Shown here piece after piece: positions 1 to 10,753 of a stretch of DNA of 64,000 nt. Source of the stretch: Octopus sinensis (Eukaryota); contig NC_043001.1 in NCBI RefSeq assembly GCF_006345805.1, forward strand, positions 11,222,001 to 11,286,000, in the 5' to 3' direction. The notes under the pieces were generated by a model. It had not been told where the DNA came from, did not search any database, and saw only the letters and a list, made by a program, of their open reading frames with translations. Numbering within the stretch: the first letter of the stretch is position 1; every line of letters starts with the position of its first letter. The position numbers and the translations under genes are program-made.

Positions 1-765
1 GTTCCTCTTTGTTCTTCTCTTACACCCTCTCTCCCCCTCACTCTCTACCTCCATTTCTTTCTCTCCTTCTCACCAAACTCCTTCGACCTCATTCCCCTCT
101 CTTCTATCTACTACAGGGGTTTTTGTTTTGTTTTCTTTTGCAATTTTCTTCTTTTTTTCTGTTTTGGTTCTGTTCCTGTTGACATCCTTTCTCTCCAGGA
201 TGGACAATAGCGATAGAAGACATGGTTCGGAATCAAAATGAAAACCATTTTCTCCGCTGATCATTCAAAGACTCTATTCTAAGCTCATTTCAGATAAATC
301 TCAAGAGACGCTTCAACGAGCATTTAGAAATGTGTCTAGCGACCGGCAACAAAGGCTGTTACCTTCATCTTTCTTGTCTGCTACGCGAGGAGGAGTCGGT
401 ATAGGGGCAGGAGGGTGGAGGTTGTTCCAGCACCATTATCTCTATAACTAAAGCCATACGGAAAAAACCCCCCAAAAAAACGGTAGCAACAACAACAATA
501 AAAACAGCAAAAGCCACATAAGCAAGAAAACCAACAATAAGAAGTTGGAGAAGAGAGGAAAGACAAAATACCTTTTTTGTTTAAAAAGTGAAATAAACCG
601 AAAGAAACCAGTAAAGAGAAGAGATGCTTGACTTCACATCAGGAAGGTGGACTGGCATAAACAATAGACTGTCTTAAGTAGCTTAAGTAAAGTGTCTTAT
701 AGTGCTTTACTTTCGACGCTCTGTGTACAGGGTTCTAATCCTGCCTTTTCTCACTTTTACATAAT

Positions 766-1218
766 ACTAGCAGTATCGCCCGGTGTTGCTCGGGTTTGTA
801 AGGGAAATAACTATATAAGCATTTTTAGAGAGTTACTTCCCTTATATAAACCGAGCAAAAAATGCATTAAAAATGCGGAAAAAATGATGGTAAATTTTTT
901 TTAATCGTAGACTCATCGTAGACACACGCTAATACCCAGAAGGGCTCGATATGAACCACAACTATTAAGCATTTTAGAGAGTTACTTCCCTTATATAAAT
1001 CGAGCAAAAATGCATTAAAAATGCGGAAAACTGATGGTAATTTTTTTTTAAATCGTAGACTCATTGTAGATGCACACTAATACCCAGAAGGGCTCGATAT
1101 GAATCACGACTATAAGATACCCGCTTATGGTTAAACTGCACCACAAAATGTGGGAGTAGTTAGGAATCTAAATCGGAGTAGACAGACACACACACAACTT
1201 CACTTTTATATATAAAGA
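766..1218 (+). mobile_element. Helentron/DINE-like non-autonomous element with internal ~150 bp tandem duplication
   Basis: Starts ACTAGCAGTATCGCCCGGTGTTGCTCGGG, shared with copies at 21724, 24561(-) and 27860(-). Ends CAACTTCACTTTTATATATA. 810-959 is repeated at 961-1108. Confidence 0.7.
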
Positions 1219-1345
1219 TATATATATATACGCAGATTTAGCTGTGTGTTTAAGGCGTTTGCTTCCCAATGTAATGGTTTTTAGTTCAATCTCACAGCAT
1301 GGTACCTTATGCAAGTGCCTTCTTCTATAGCCTTGTGAGTGTATT

Positions 1346-1988
1346 CAGTACTGGATTAACCATGAAGCAAAGTAAGCACGTGCTTAGGGCATCAAGGGAA
1401 GGAGGGGGACACTCCAGAAATGGTAAAAGGCAGAGAGCTGGCAGAAACATAAGCATGCCGGGTGTAATGCTCAGCAGTATGTCATCTGCCATTATGTTCT
1501 GAGTTCAAATTTCGCCGAGGTCGACTTTGCCTTTCATCCTTTCAGGGTCAATGAATTAAGTACCAGTTACACACTGGGATCGATGTAATCAACTTAATCC
1601 TTTTGTCTGTCCTTGTGGGCAATAAAGAAATAAGAAATGGTAAATGGTTTATGGCACAAAAGAAATCACTTTAAACTTGCTAAAATAATATTTAGGGTGC
1701 CCTTGTCTCTTCTAAGTATAGATGCAGATGTGTTACCTAATATTAATTTTGAGGATCTGATCAAAGACTTTGCAATTCAAGAAAGTAGGAGGAAACTTTT
1801 CAAATATAAATAAAGTGGAATTATACAAAAATAAACATTATTCTCCCTTTTACTGTTTTGTTTCGTTTCGAAAAATAGAAATTTATTCTATGGTTTCTTA
1901 TTGTTTATATTTTGAATTACATGGTCTTTTTGGGGGCACCAAAATCTTTTAAGTGCTTAGGGTCACGATGGATCTTAATCCAGCCCCA
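1346..1988 (+). mobile_element. hAT DNA transposon relic interrupted by SINE-A (1435-1630)
   Basis: Ends CAGTACTGGATTAA...TTAATCCAGCCC. 1697-1813 translates VPLSLLSIDADVLPNINFEDLIKDFAIQESRRKLFKYK*, typical of a hAT transposase C-terminus. Confidence 0.75.
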
Positions 1989-2462
1989 AATACATTTTGT
2001 AGATAGAAACTGTAAAAAGCCTACCGTATATATTTCCTGATCTGTATGTTTTTTGTAAACTATTCTTTGATTCGTCACAGAGGAAACACAGGAAAAACCA
2101 GACACATCTTATCTCCTTGTCAAAGACTCTATTACTTGATCAGAAGAAATTCATGTGAACTAATTTTTATCTTCTTACCATTATAAAAAATTTCATTACT
2201 GATCTGAATATTTTAATGTAAACTATTTTTTTCACTCATCACAGAAGATACACAAAGCCTCAAACTTTTTCTTATCATTGTCAAAGACCCTATCATTTGA
2301 TTTGAATACACTTTTTTAAACTAATTTTGACACCACAGAGTATACACAAAACCTCACACTTTACTTATGAAAGTCATTTTTAAATAAGTGAAACCAGTTA
2401 AGTTAATAAATACTTTTAAAAGACTTGTGCATTTTCAGATACTTTTCCTTATATAGATGTAA

Positions 2463-3190
2463 GAGTAGCTGTGTGGTAAGAAGCTTCCTTCCCAACCACA
2501 TGGTTCCAGGTTCAGTCCTACAGCATGGCACCTTGGGGAAGTGTCTTCTGCTATAGCCTTGGACTGACCAAAGCTCTGTGAGTGGATTTGATAGAGGGAA
2601 ACTGAAAGAAGCCTGTCCACCACTAACCCCTATACACTCCCTACACCATTCACATTACAATTTTATATCTAAATCCAGAACTACTTACCTCCCTTACAAA
2701 TAATCTTTTTTCAACCGGTGCATACAAAGCAATGAATAGCTTTGCGGAAACCATGGTATGCTATGTTTTCTGACTTTATAATCATCTCATAATAATGACT
2801 TTTATTACTACCTCAGTCCATCTAAATGTATATATTTGTCGTTACCTTTCATAAAAAACTTTTTTTTATTTACAATGTGCATTTTCGTTGATTTTTCATA
2901 TTTTACCCTTACATTTCCACATGTATTTTATATTTTCTTTTTGTAACATATTTCTACTATATATATATATATATATATATGTATTTGTGTGTCTGTATTT
3001 GTCCCCCCAACTATCACTTGATAACCGATGTTGGTTTGTTTACATCCATGTAACTTTGTGGTACTGTTAAAAATGACCGATAGAATAAGTACTAGGCTTA
3101 GAAAGATTATGTACTGGGGTCGATTTGTTCGGTTAAATGCAGTGCTCCAGCATGGCCGCAGTCAGATGACTGAAACCAATAAAAGAATAA
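2463..3190 (+). mobile_element. SINE-B (tRNA head + CORE-like body, spacer, then tail)
   Basis: Head GCTGTGTGGTAAGAAGCTT..GGTTCAGTCC and body GGCACCTTGGGGAAGTGTCTT at 2463-2620. Tail ending GCTCCAGCATGGCCGCAGTC..TGACTGAAAC at 2985-3190. Same family at 26950-27330, 34257-35070, 55381-55760 and 60005-60810. Confidence 0.8.
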
Positions 3191-3437
3191 AAAATATATA
3201 CAAGAAACAAACTAAAAATAATCATCATTACATATTATTCCTTTATTGTCCTTTGCTTCAGTAAAGGAATAATATATAAAGATCATTACTTTTAACTTTT
3301 TTCTTAAATATCCCTCTGTGTAAAAACCAGTTTGTCTGGATCCCATCCATGGATTTACTATAAAGAATTGTGATGAATCTTAATCTGGGGCCCTACCAGA
3401 AGCTTTCCTGGAGTTCTTCATTAATCTAAGTAATATT

Positions 3438-3787
3438 GGCATATGGCATAATGGTTAAGAGCGCGGGCTACTAACCCCAAGATTCCGAGTTCAATTCCAG
3501 GCAGTGACCTGAATAATAATAATGATAATAATAATAATAATAATAACAACAACAACATTGAAAAATACCTTAGGAATGAGAACCTAGGTTCAAAATTTCA
3601 CCAAGACACCTGATGAAGGCTGGAGTGTATTCAGTACTGGATTAACCATGAAGCAAAGTAAGCACGTGCTTAGGGCATCAAGGGAAGGAGGGGGACACTC
3701 CAGAAATGGTAAAAGGCAGAAACGTTGTGTTAACAACAAACAAGATGAGGACAAATATCTGTCAAATGTAAATAATGTAAATAATGT
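3438..3787 (+). mobile_element. SINE-D: tRNA head + (AAT/AAC)n + Penelope-type tail with hammerhead-like motif
   Basis: A box TGGCATAATGG and B box GAGTTCAATTCC. Tail CACCTGATGAAGGCTGG..AAACGTTGTGTT is interrupted by a 98 bp insert. Paralogs at 30243-30518 and 53772-54008. Confidence 0.85.
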
Positions 3788-3825
3788 CCAATTATGAGAA
3801 ACTACACATTTCCACTGCTATAACA

Positions 3826-4228
3826 GAATTTTTTCTACTCCAGGCACAAGGCCGGAAGTATTTGGGGAGAGGGCCAGTTGATTAGAGCGACCCCAGTACG
3901 CAACTCATGTTTAATTTAGTGACCCTAAAACAATGAAAGGCAAAGTCGAGCTTCGTGGAATTTGAGCTCAGAACATAGCAACAGATGAAATACCTATTTC
4001 TTTACTACCCACAAGGGGCTAAACACAGAGAGGACAAACAAGGACAGACAAACGGATTAAGTCGATTATATCGACCCTAGTGTGTAACTGGTACTTATCT
4101 AATTGACCCCAAAAGGATAAAAGTCAAAGTTGACCTTGGCGGAATTTGAACTCAGAACGTAACGGCAGACGAAATACCGCTAAGCATTTCGCCCGGCGTG
4201 CTAACGTTTCTGCCAGCTCACCGCCTTA
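3826..4228 (-). mobile_element. SINE-A (tRNA-derived), dimeric copy
   Basis: Minus-strand head GGCGGTGAGCTGGCAGAAACG with B box GAGTTCAAATTCC. Central GACTTTGCCTTTCATCCTTTCGGGGTCGAT-type domain occurs twice. Confidence 0.85.
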
Positions 4229-4936
4229 CAGCTATAATAAAATGTCAAGACATGACTCACACACACACATACACACACACACACGCACACACTCAAACAC
4301 ACACAGACACACACACATGCACACACACACACACCACCATCATCAATACCCCCCCCACTGCCACTCTTTCACTGCTGCTTTATATCTGCACCATTGCACC
4401 AGTGTCAGAGTTGTTGAATTACAAGACCTAAATCACGGCCGTTCTCCGTATGACTCCAACATTTTTCCTGATTTATTTCGAAGAATTCCAACTTATTAGC
4501 AAAGTTTTCCTTTCCACCCCTCCCCCCTTCTCCCCCCTCCCGTTTCTATTCCTGGCTTTTTATCGGTTTACCGAAATGTTTCATCCCCCCCGGAGTATGA
4601 TTTAGAGTTTTTCGCTTTATTCAAGACCTATTTGGATCATTAATCTCGGAAATATTTCCTCCTTCGCAGCTTAAGTGTATGTTTCTATTTTCTCTCTCTG
4701 TGACAGTTACTTATTCGAGATCAAAATTATGACACAATGACCTTTCATAGCTTCTGCTTCGATGCCAGTTGTTTATGTCAAATGTTTCTTCTTTTCTTTT
4801 AAATACCAAGAATAACTTCATTCCTGCTTTTTTTTTCTGTTTTCATTTTTCTCCTCTCCGTATTTATTTTTCATTCCATTTCATTCCTGCATTTTCAAAA
4901 GTTTTGTTTATATATTTTCTTTCTGCTTTTTTCTAG

Positions 4937-5058
4937 ATTTTAACGAAAGAATTAAAATATTGGAAAATCTAAACGAAGAGAAATTTCTGGAAGAATTTAA
5001 TGAACGGAAGAAGAAGCAGAGGGAGCTATTTCTTGCGCAGAAATGTCATCGGTTAGAT
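4937..5058 (+). CDS. Candidate internal coding exon of an unidentified charged/coiled-coil protein
   Basis: Pyrimidine tract + TAG acceptor. Open frame (D)FNERIKILENLNEEKFLEEFNERKKKQRELFLAQKCHRLD. Donor GAT|GTGGGT in phase 0 matches the exon at 6331. Confidence 0.6.
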
Positions 5059-5402
5059 GTGGGTGCACTTTTTTGACTCTCTTGGCAAATCCGGTTCCAA
5101 CATTTGCAGAATTTTTACTTCATAAAATTACTGGTTGCTGGGTAACTGTGAGGGTCAATAAACAGTTGAGTGCCATGGGTGGGGAGTGGGTGGTGATGAA
5201 CAGGGAGAAGGTGAAAATATACAAATGTCAGAAGAGAGGAAAAGTGGGGAAGAATATAAAATGTGGCTGTGAGGGGAAGAGTTTTGCTTCACAATGACAG
5301 GGTTCTAGGGTCTTTTGCATTCTGATTTCGAATTCTGCTCAGTTCAGTTTGGCTTTTCATAAATGAATATCAATTAATTACTGGGGTCGATGTAATCAAC
5401 TA

Positions 5403-5523
5403 CAGCCCTTCGCCAAAATCTCAAGCCTTTTGCACAGCCCTTCGCCTAAATCTCAAGCCTTTTGCAGAGTCCTTCCCCAAAATCTCAAGCCTTTTGCAGA
5501 GTCCTTCCCCAAAATCTCAAGCC
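5403..5523. repeat. 32-bp minisatellite, ~4 copies, derived from a SINE-A tail
   Basis: Unit CAGAGTCCTTCCCCAAAATCTCAAGCCTTTTG directly follows a SINE-A remnant (5330-5400). Confidence 0.85.
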
Positions 5524-5888
5524 GTACTCTTTTACTTGTTTCAGTCACTTGACTGTGGCCATGCTGGAGCACCGCCTTTAGTCGAGCAAATCAACCCCAG
5601 GACTTATTCTTTGTAAGCCTAGTACTTATTCTGTCGGTCTCTTTTTGCCGAACCGCTAAGTTACGGGGGACGTAAGCACACCAGCATCGGTTGTCAAGCA
5701 GTGGTGCTGTTGGTGTGGATATAAATTTACTATATTTTACTCAGTGACAGCAATATTTGTGGCTTGTATTTGCTTCCATACGAGAAGCTGAAACTTAGTT
5801 GAGCATTCCAACTTCCAGTTGTTTGTATCAAAATGGGGGGAAAAAATCCCATGACTTTCAGTTAAATTTCTGCTGATATATTTTTAAA

Positions 5889-6169
5889 ATTCTGTTGTGT
5901 TTGGGGAGAGTCATTTTCTTTTTGTGCCTTATAATATAACACACTCACCAGTAAAATTTCCACTTTTTTCTTTTTTTTATTCTCTTAAAATTTTCGTTGC
6001 ATCTTGCAACCTTTTCAATAGTTTTGAGAGTCAAAACTATTGAAAAAGTTGCAAGACGCAACGAAAATTTTAGGATAATGAAAATAAGAAAAATGTGGAA
6101 ATTTTACCGGTGAGTGTCTTACATTATAAGGCACAAAAAGAAAATGACTCTCCCCAGACACAACAGAAT
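5889..6169. mobile_element. ~280 bp palindromic (foldback/MITE-like) element
   Basis: Ends ATTCTGTTGTGT and ACACAACAGAAT. Arms are complementary throughout, centred on TTTTGA-GAG-TCAAAA at 6022-6036. Confidence 0.85.
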
Positions 6170-6330
6170 ATGCTTCAACACACAAACTCATATAAAGAAT
6201 CTTGCAAACCAAATCCAAAAGTGAAATATTTAAAAAATGATAATTCTATTAGATGATGTGGTTTTGCAAATGGTGCATTGGTCTCTTTTAGTTCCTAATT
6301 AGTTGTTTTGGATTTCTTTTTTTCTTTCAG

Positions 6331-6498
6331 TTACAAAAAAAATCTGGTCAGACATTTTGTCTGCACAAACGGAAGTCACATGAGAATGAAGACAAATCAA
6401 TGGAGAAAAGGGAGATAGATAATTCTCAAGACTTCCGAAAAAATATTAATGAATTTGAAAAGAAGCAGCTCTTTCACAAGAAGTTTTACTCTTTTAAG
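6331..6498 (+). CDS. Candidate internal coding exon (56 aa, phase 0-0), same gene as 4937-5058
   Basis: TTTCTTTTTTTCTTTCAG acceptor. Frame LQKKSGQTFCLHKRKSHENEDKSMEKREIDNSQDFRKNINEFEKKQLFHKKFYSFK is fully open. Donor AAG|GTTTGT. Confidence 0.6.
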
Positions 6499-6585
6499 GT
6501 TTGTGACACCTGAATTATTTTGTTGCTGAAATCAAGGCCCCTTTTTACAAAGGTTCTTATCCCACAAATACATGCATTCCATATA

Positions 6586-7790
6586 CAGGGTTTGGACAAA
6601 ATAATGGAAAGACCTTAAAATTTTAACCAATTATATTTTAACATAGGGTAGGACTGCCTTTGGCAGTAATTACAGCTTGAATTCTATGAGCTATGGACTA
6701 GTACAAAGTTTGAATTCTTTCCAAAGGAGTTTTTGTCCATTCTTCACCTAAAACTGTCACCAGTTGTTGTAGTGATGATGGTGGAGGATATTGACTCCTT
6801 ACTTTTTTTTCTAAAATACACCATAAATGTTCAATAATATTGAGATCTGGGGACTGTGGTGACCATCGTGCCATTCAGTAATAACTTTAGCTGTTTCATA
6901 CAGTATCCTGAAGCATTGCGTTTCCCTCCGGAAACAGTTTCGCAACCATAGGATGAATTTGATCAGATAAAATGCTTAAATAGTCTTGATTATTAATTCT
7001 GCCATGATGGGTCAGCGGACGTCCTAGATATAGCCCCACCAGATCATCACAGATCCTCCTCCATGTTTAACACTGGAAGAAGGCAGTCTGGGTCAAATAC
7101 TTCTTTTGGCTGTCTCCACATGTGTACTCAGCTGGTGGTTAGAAATAAGGTAAAGGATGACTCGTCCAAGAAAATAACATCCTTCCACTGCTCTAGGGAC
7201 CATTTCAATAGGTTTTTACTCCACTCTAAACGCTCTGCAACTTTTGACTTTGAAAATAGGGGTTTTCTAATTACAGCCCTCCTGTGAAATTCAGCTTTGT
7301 GCAGCTTCTGGTGAACAGTTTTTGTGGAAACTGGGTTCTCGAGTTGTTCATTAAGCTCTGCAGTAATTTTGGGAGATGTACTTTTGTGATCCTTTCTAAC
7401 AATTCATGTAAGAGTCTGATGGTCCCTATCTGAAAGTTTTGATTTTCTTCCAGAGTTTTTCCCTCTTTCTCACAGGCTGTCATTACTTTCAAGACAGTAC
7501 TTCTTGATATACCAAACGTTTTGGCTGTTTTTGTTATGCTAGCACCTGCCATACGAGCACCAACAATTTGACTGCTTTGAAAGTCTGATAGATCTGTCCA
7601 TTTTAATGAATTTTAATAACCTTTTTCTTATGATATCTGGAACGAAACAGCAATTTTAGCAAAACATATTAAGCAACACTAATAATAAATCAAAAAACAT
7701 AAAAATAAACAAGCTTTTGATGGTTTTATAGATATTTCAAAATTATGATGCTATGATGCCAGATATTTCCCTTATTTTGTCCAAGCCCTG
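6586..7790 (-). mobile_element. Tc1-family transposon, full length, degenerate transposase
   Basis: 25-bp TIRs CAGGG(T/C)TTGGACAAAATAA(T/G)GGAAA with 23/25 match and TA flanks. ORF 7271-7552 has an HTH (ITKTAKTFGISRSTV); downstream frames give VIFLDESSF. Confidence 0.92.
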
Positions 7791-8324
7791 TATATATATA
7801 TATACAGGTTGTCATCGACTTACAACCACAATGAGGTTCCGACTGGGTGGTCATAAGTTGAATTGGTCATAGGTTAGCCTTTAGGCCTACCTAGCTTTGT
7901 TTTATATTTTTACATTCTTAAGGGACATTCTCAGGTAAATGTCACACACAGCATTCTGCATTATACTATTATACAGATGATTGAAAATAGGTTAGAATGG
8001 AAAAAATAATTATTAGAACTCCTTTAATCAAGTAGAACTGGAAATACTCAGTGTCCTATAAATAGGACACTGGGACAATGTGACATAGCTTATTTAATGT
8101 TTTCATTTAGTGTCCTATTTATAGGAGAGTGAGACAATATTTTAATCAATGAAGTTCCAAATTAGTCTGGTTTCCGTATTTCATTATTTGCAATTTTTAC
8201 AATTTTACAATATTGAAATAGAGCTAGTACTTTCATGCATTATGCAATCATCAGGTTTATGTGGTGACAGTCATGTTCCACAATTGACAACAGTTGTCAA
8301 TTGACATGAAAATACTCCATCCAA

Positions 8325-8780
8325 ATGTGGCTGATGCCCTTACCCTCTGACTAGCTCCCCATGCTGGTGGATTGTAAAAAGCACTATCCGAATGTGGCCG
8401 ATACCTGTACTCACTAACTAGTTCCCATACCAGTGGCACATAAAAAGCATCATCTGAACATGGCCAATGCCACTACCCACTGACTGGCTCCCGTGCCGGT
8501 GACACATAAAAAGCACCATCCAGGTGTGGCTGATGCCAGTAGCCCCTAACTGGCATCCATGCCAGTGGCACATAAAAAACACTATCTGAATGTGACCGAG
8601 GCCAGGCCTGCCTCACTTGTTCCTTTGTCAGTGGTATGTGAAAAGCACCGACTGCACTCAGAGTGGTTGGCATTAGGAAGGGCATCGGCTGTAAAAATAT
8701 TGCCAGATGGGTCTCCAGTCTGCAGTCAAACCGTCCAACTCATGCCAGTTTAGAAAATGAACATTAAACGATGATGATGA
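8325..8780 (+). mobile_element. RTE-type LINE 3' UTR fragment with five ~59-bp internal repeats
   Basis: Repeated GCCAGTGGCACATAAAAAGCACC units, GGCATTAGGAAGGGCATC and terminal TTAAACGATGATGATGA. Same end as 9598-10605. Confidence 0.8.
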
Positions 8781-8782
8781 TG

Positions 8783-8860
<78 letters not shown>

Positions 8861-9329
8861 GTATGTATGTATATATGTATGTATGTATGCATATTATTGA
8901 AAGGCCCCAATTTCTAGCACTCAGCGTTGTTCCCTTGCAGTTATCAGCTGGTAGACTGAGTATGCTCTCCTTATGAATAGTCACCAGTGTCTGAATATTT
9001 TTTGATCATCAGCTGATGACTGGAAACGACCACTTTGGAGTGCTGGAAACAGCTGATGATCGGAAACCAGCAACTTAGAATAGGGAAGTCAGAGCACTTC
9101 AGCTACGATATTTTAAAAAATGCTCTACATTTGTATTGAATCCTGTAATTCCACTTCTGGTGAATCAGCAGAGATTTATATGTGTGTATATATATATCTA
9201 TATAAATAAATGTGTAATAGTGTCTGTTTGTGTGTTGTGTGTGTGTGTGTGTGTTTGGGGTTACTCTAACTTATCTCACACTGTCCAACTGATTTTAATG
9301 ATTTTTGGCTCAGAGGTAGATCACATACT

Positions 9330-9595
9330 CTGAAGTTCAAATAAGGTCGGAATTTCTTGAAAACTTGATAATGCTCGGTTGGCATCAATTTTTGTAAGCT
9401 CAATCGGGCGTTGGAATGGAAATTCCCATAACGATGTTATTTTTCCTGCAGCTTTTGCATTTTTTTCACATGTAAAAATTTCAACAAAATTAATAAAATA
9501 CTCTCTAAGGAAATGTTTATTCAATACAAGGTCAGAGGTGGGCTTAACTTCAACAGAGAAAATACAAGCAAAGCCGGGTCCAACAGCTAGTATAT
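9330..9595 (-). mobile_element. Helentron-type non-autonomous element (second family)
   Basis: Minus strand begins TATATACTAGCTGTTGGACCCGGCTTTG. A related end occurs at 32205-32335. Confidence 0.5.
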
Positions 9596-9597
9596 AT

Positions 9598-10605
9598 CAT
9601 CATCATCACCATCATCGTTTAACATCCGTTTTCCATGTTAGCATGGGTTAGACGGTTTGACTTGGGTTTGGGAAGCCAGGAGGCTGCACCAGGCTCCAGT
9701 CTGATCTAGCAGTGTTTCTACAGCTGGATGCCCTTCCTAATGCCAACCACTCCGTGAGTGTAGTGGGTGCTTTTTACGTGCCACCGGCACAGGTACCAGG
9801 GGAGGCTGGAAGTGGTCACAATCGGTTGGTGTTTTTTACGTGCCACTGGCATGGAAGCTAGTCAAGAGGGCGCTGGCATCGGCCACGTTCTGATGGTGCT
9901 TTTTACATGCCACCAACGCAGGTATCACAACTACAATTTCCATTTGATTTTTTGATGTTGATGTACTTGACTCAATAGGTCTCCTCAAGCACAGCAGGTT
10001 GCCCTACGATCCAAGGTAAGCACAGCAGGCCGTCCTGCGATCTAAGGCACTTAGGATGGGCTGGGGCTTCTATGTGAAGCTGGTGCAGGAAACAGCCATT
10101 AACTCACGTTATTTGTCGGGTCTTCGCAGTCACAGCATATCTCCAGAGGTCTCGGTCTTTCATCATTGCCTCTTTGAGACCCAACGTTCGAAGGTCATGC
10201 TTGACCACCTCATCTCATGTCTTCCTGGGTCTACCTCTACCCTGGATTCCTTCAACTGTTTGGGAGTGGCACTTCTTCACACATCTCTCCTCATCCATCC
10301 GCAGTACATGACCATACCAGCGCAAACATCTCTCTTGCACACCACATCCAATGCTTCTTATGTCCAGCATTTCTCTCAGGGCACTTACACATCCAGTGGA
10401 TCATGCTAGCTTCATTTCTTTCAAGCCTACGCATGTCCTCAGCAGTCACAGCCCATGCTTAAGCATGGCAGTTCGCACACATGCGTTGTACAATCTTCCT
10501 TTCACTCTGAGCAAGAGACCCTTTGTCGCCAGTAGGGGTAGAAGCTTTCTAAACTTTGCCCAGGCTATTCTTATTCTAGTGGTAACACTCTCTGAGCATC
10601 CACGT
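9598..10605 (-). mobile_element. RTE-clade LINE, 5'-truncated (RT C-terminus + 3' UTR)
   Basis: Minus strand gives RIRIAWAKFRKLLPLL..KGRLYNACVRTAML..LRWYGHVLRMDEERCVKK..GRGRPRKT. Ends in a (GAT)n tail. Confidence 0.9.
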
Positions 10606-10753
10606 GGTCTTCTGGCATGCTGGACACCAACCCAGAATTTCTGAGGGTCCGTGCTAAGATAGTGGTTGAAAAGCAGTCATGTACCGTTTTAACCTTATAG
10701 CCATGCTTGCTCCTGGACAACCATTACTTGTCTAATATTTTTAATTCTTTAAG

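Noticed and set aside
3438-3510. Functional tRNA genes at SINE heads
   Set aside because: Acceptor stems are imperfect, and each head runs into a SINE body found at several loci.
8940-9075. CAGCTGATGA-NNG-GAAAC repeats as hammerheads
   Set aside because: Only 3 nt lie between the core and GAAA, so stem II cannot form.
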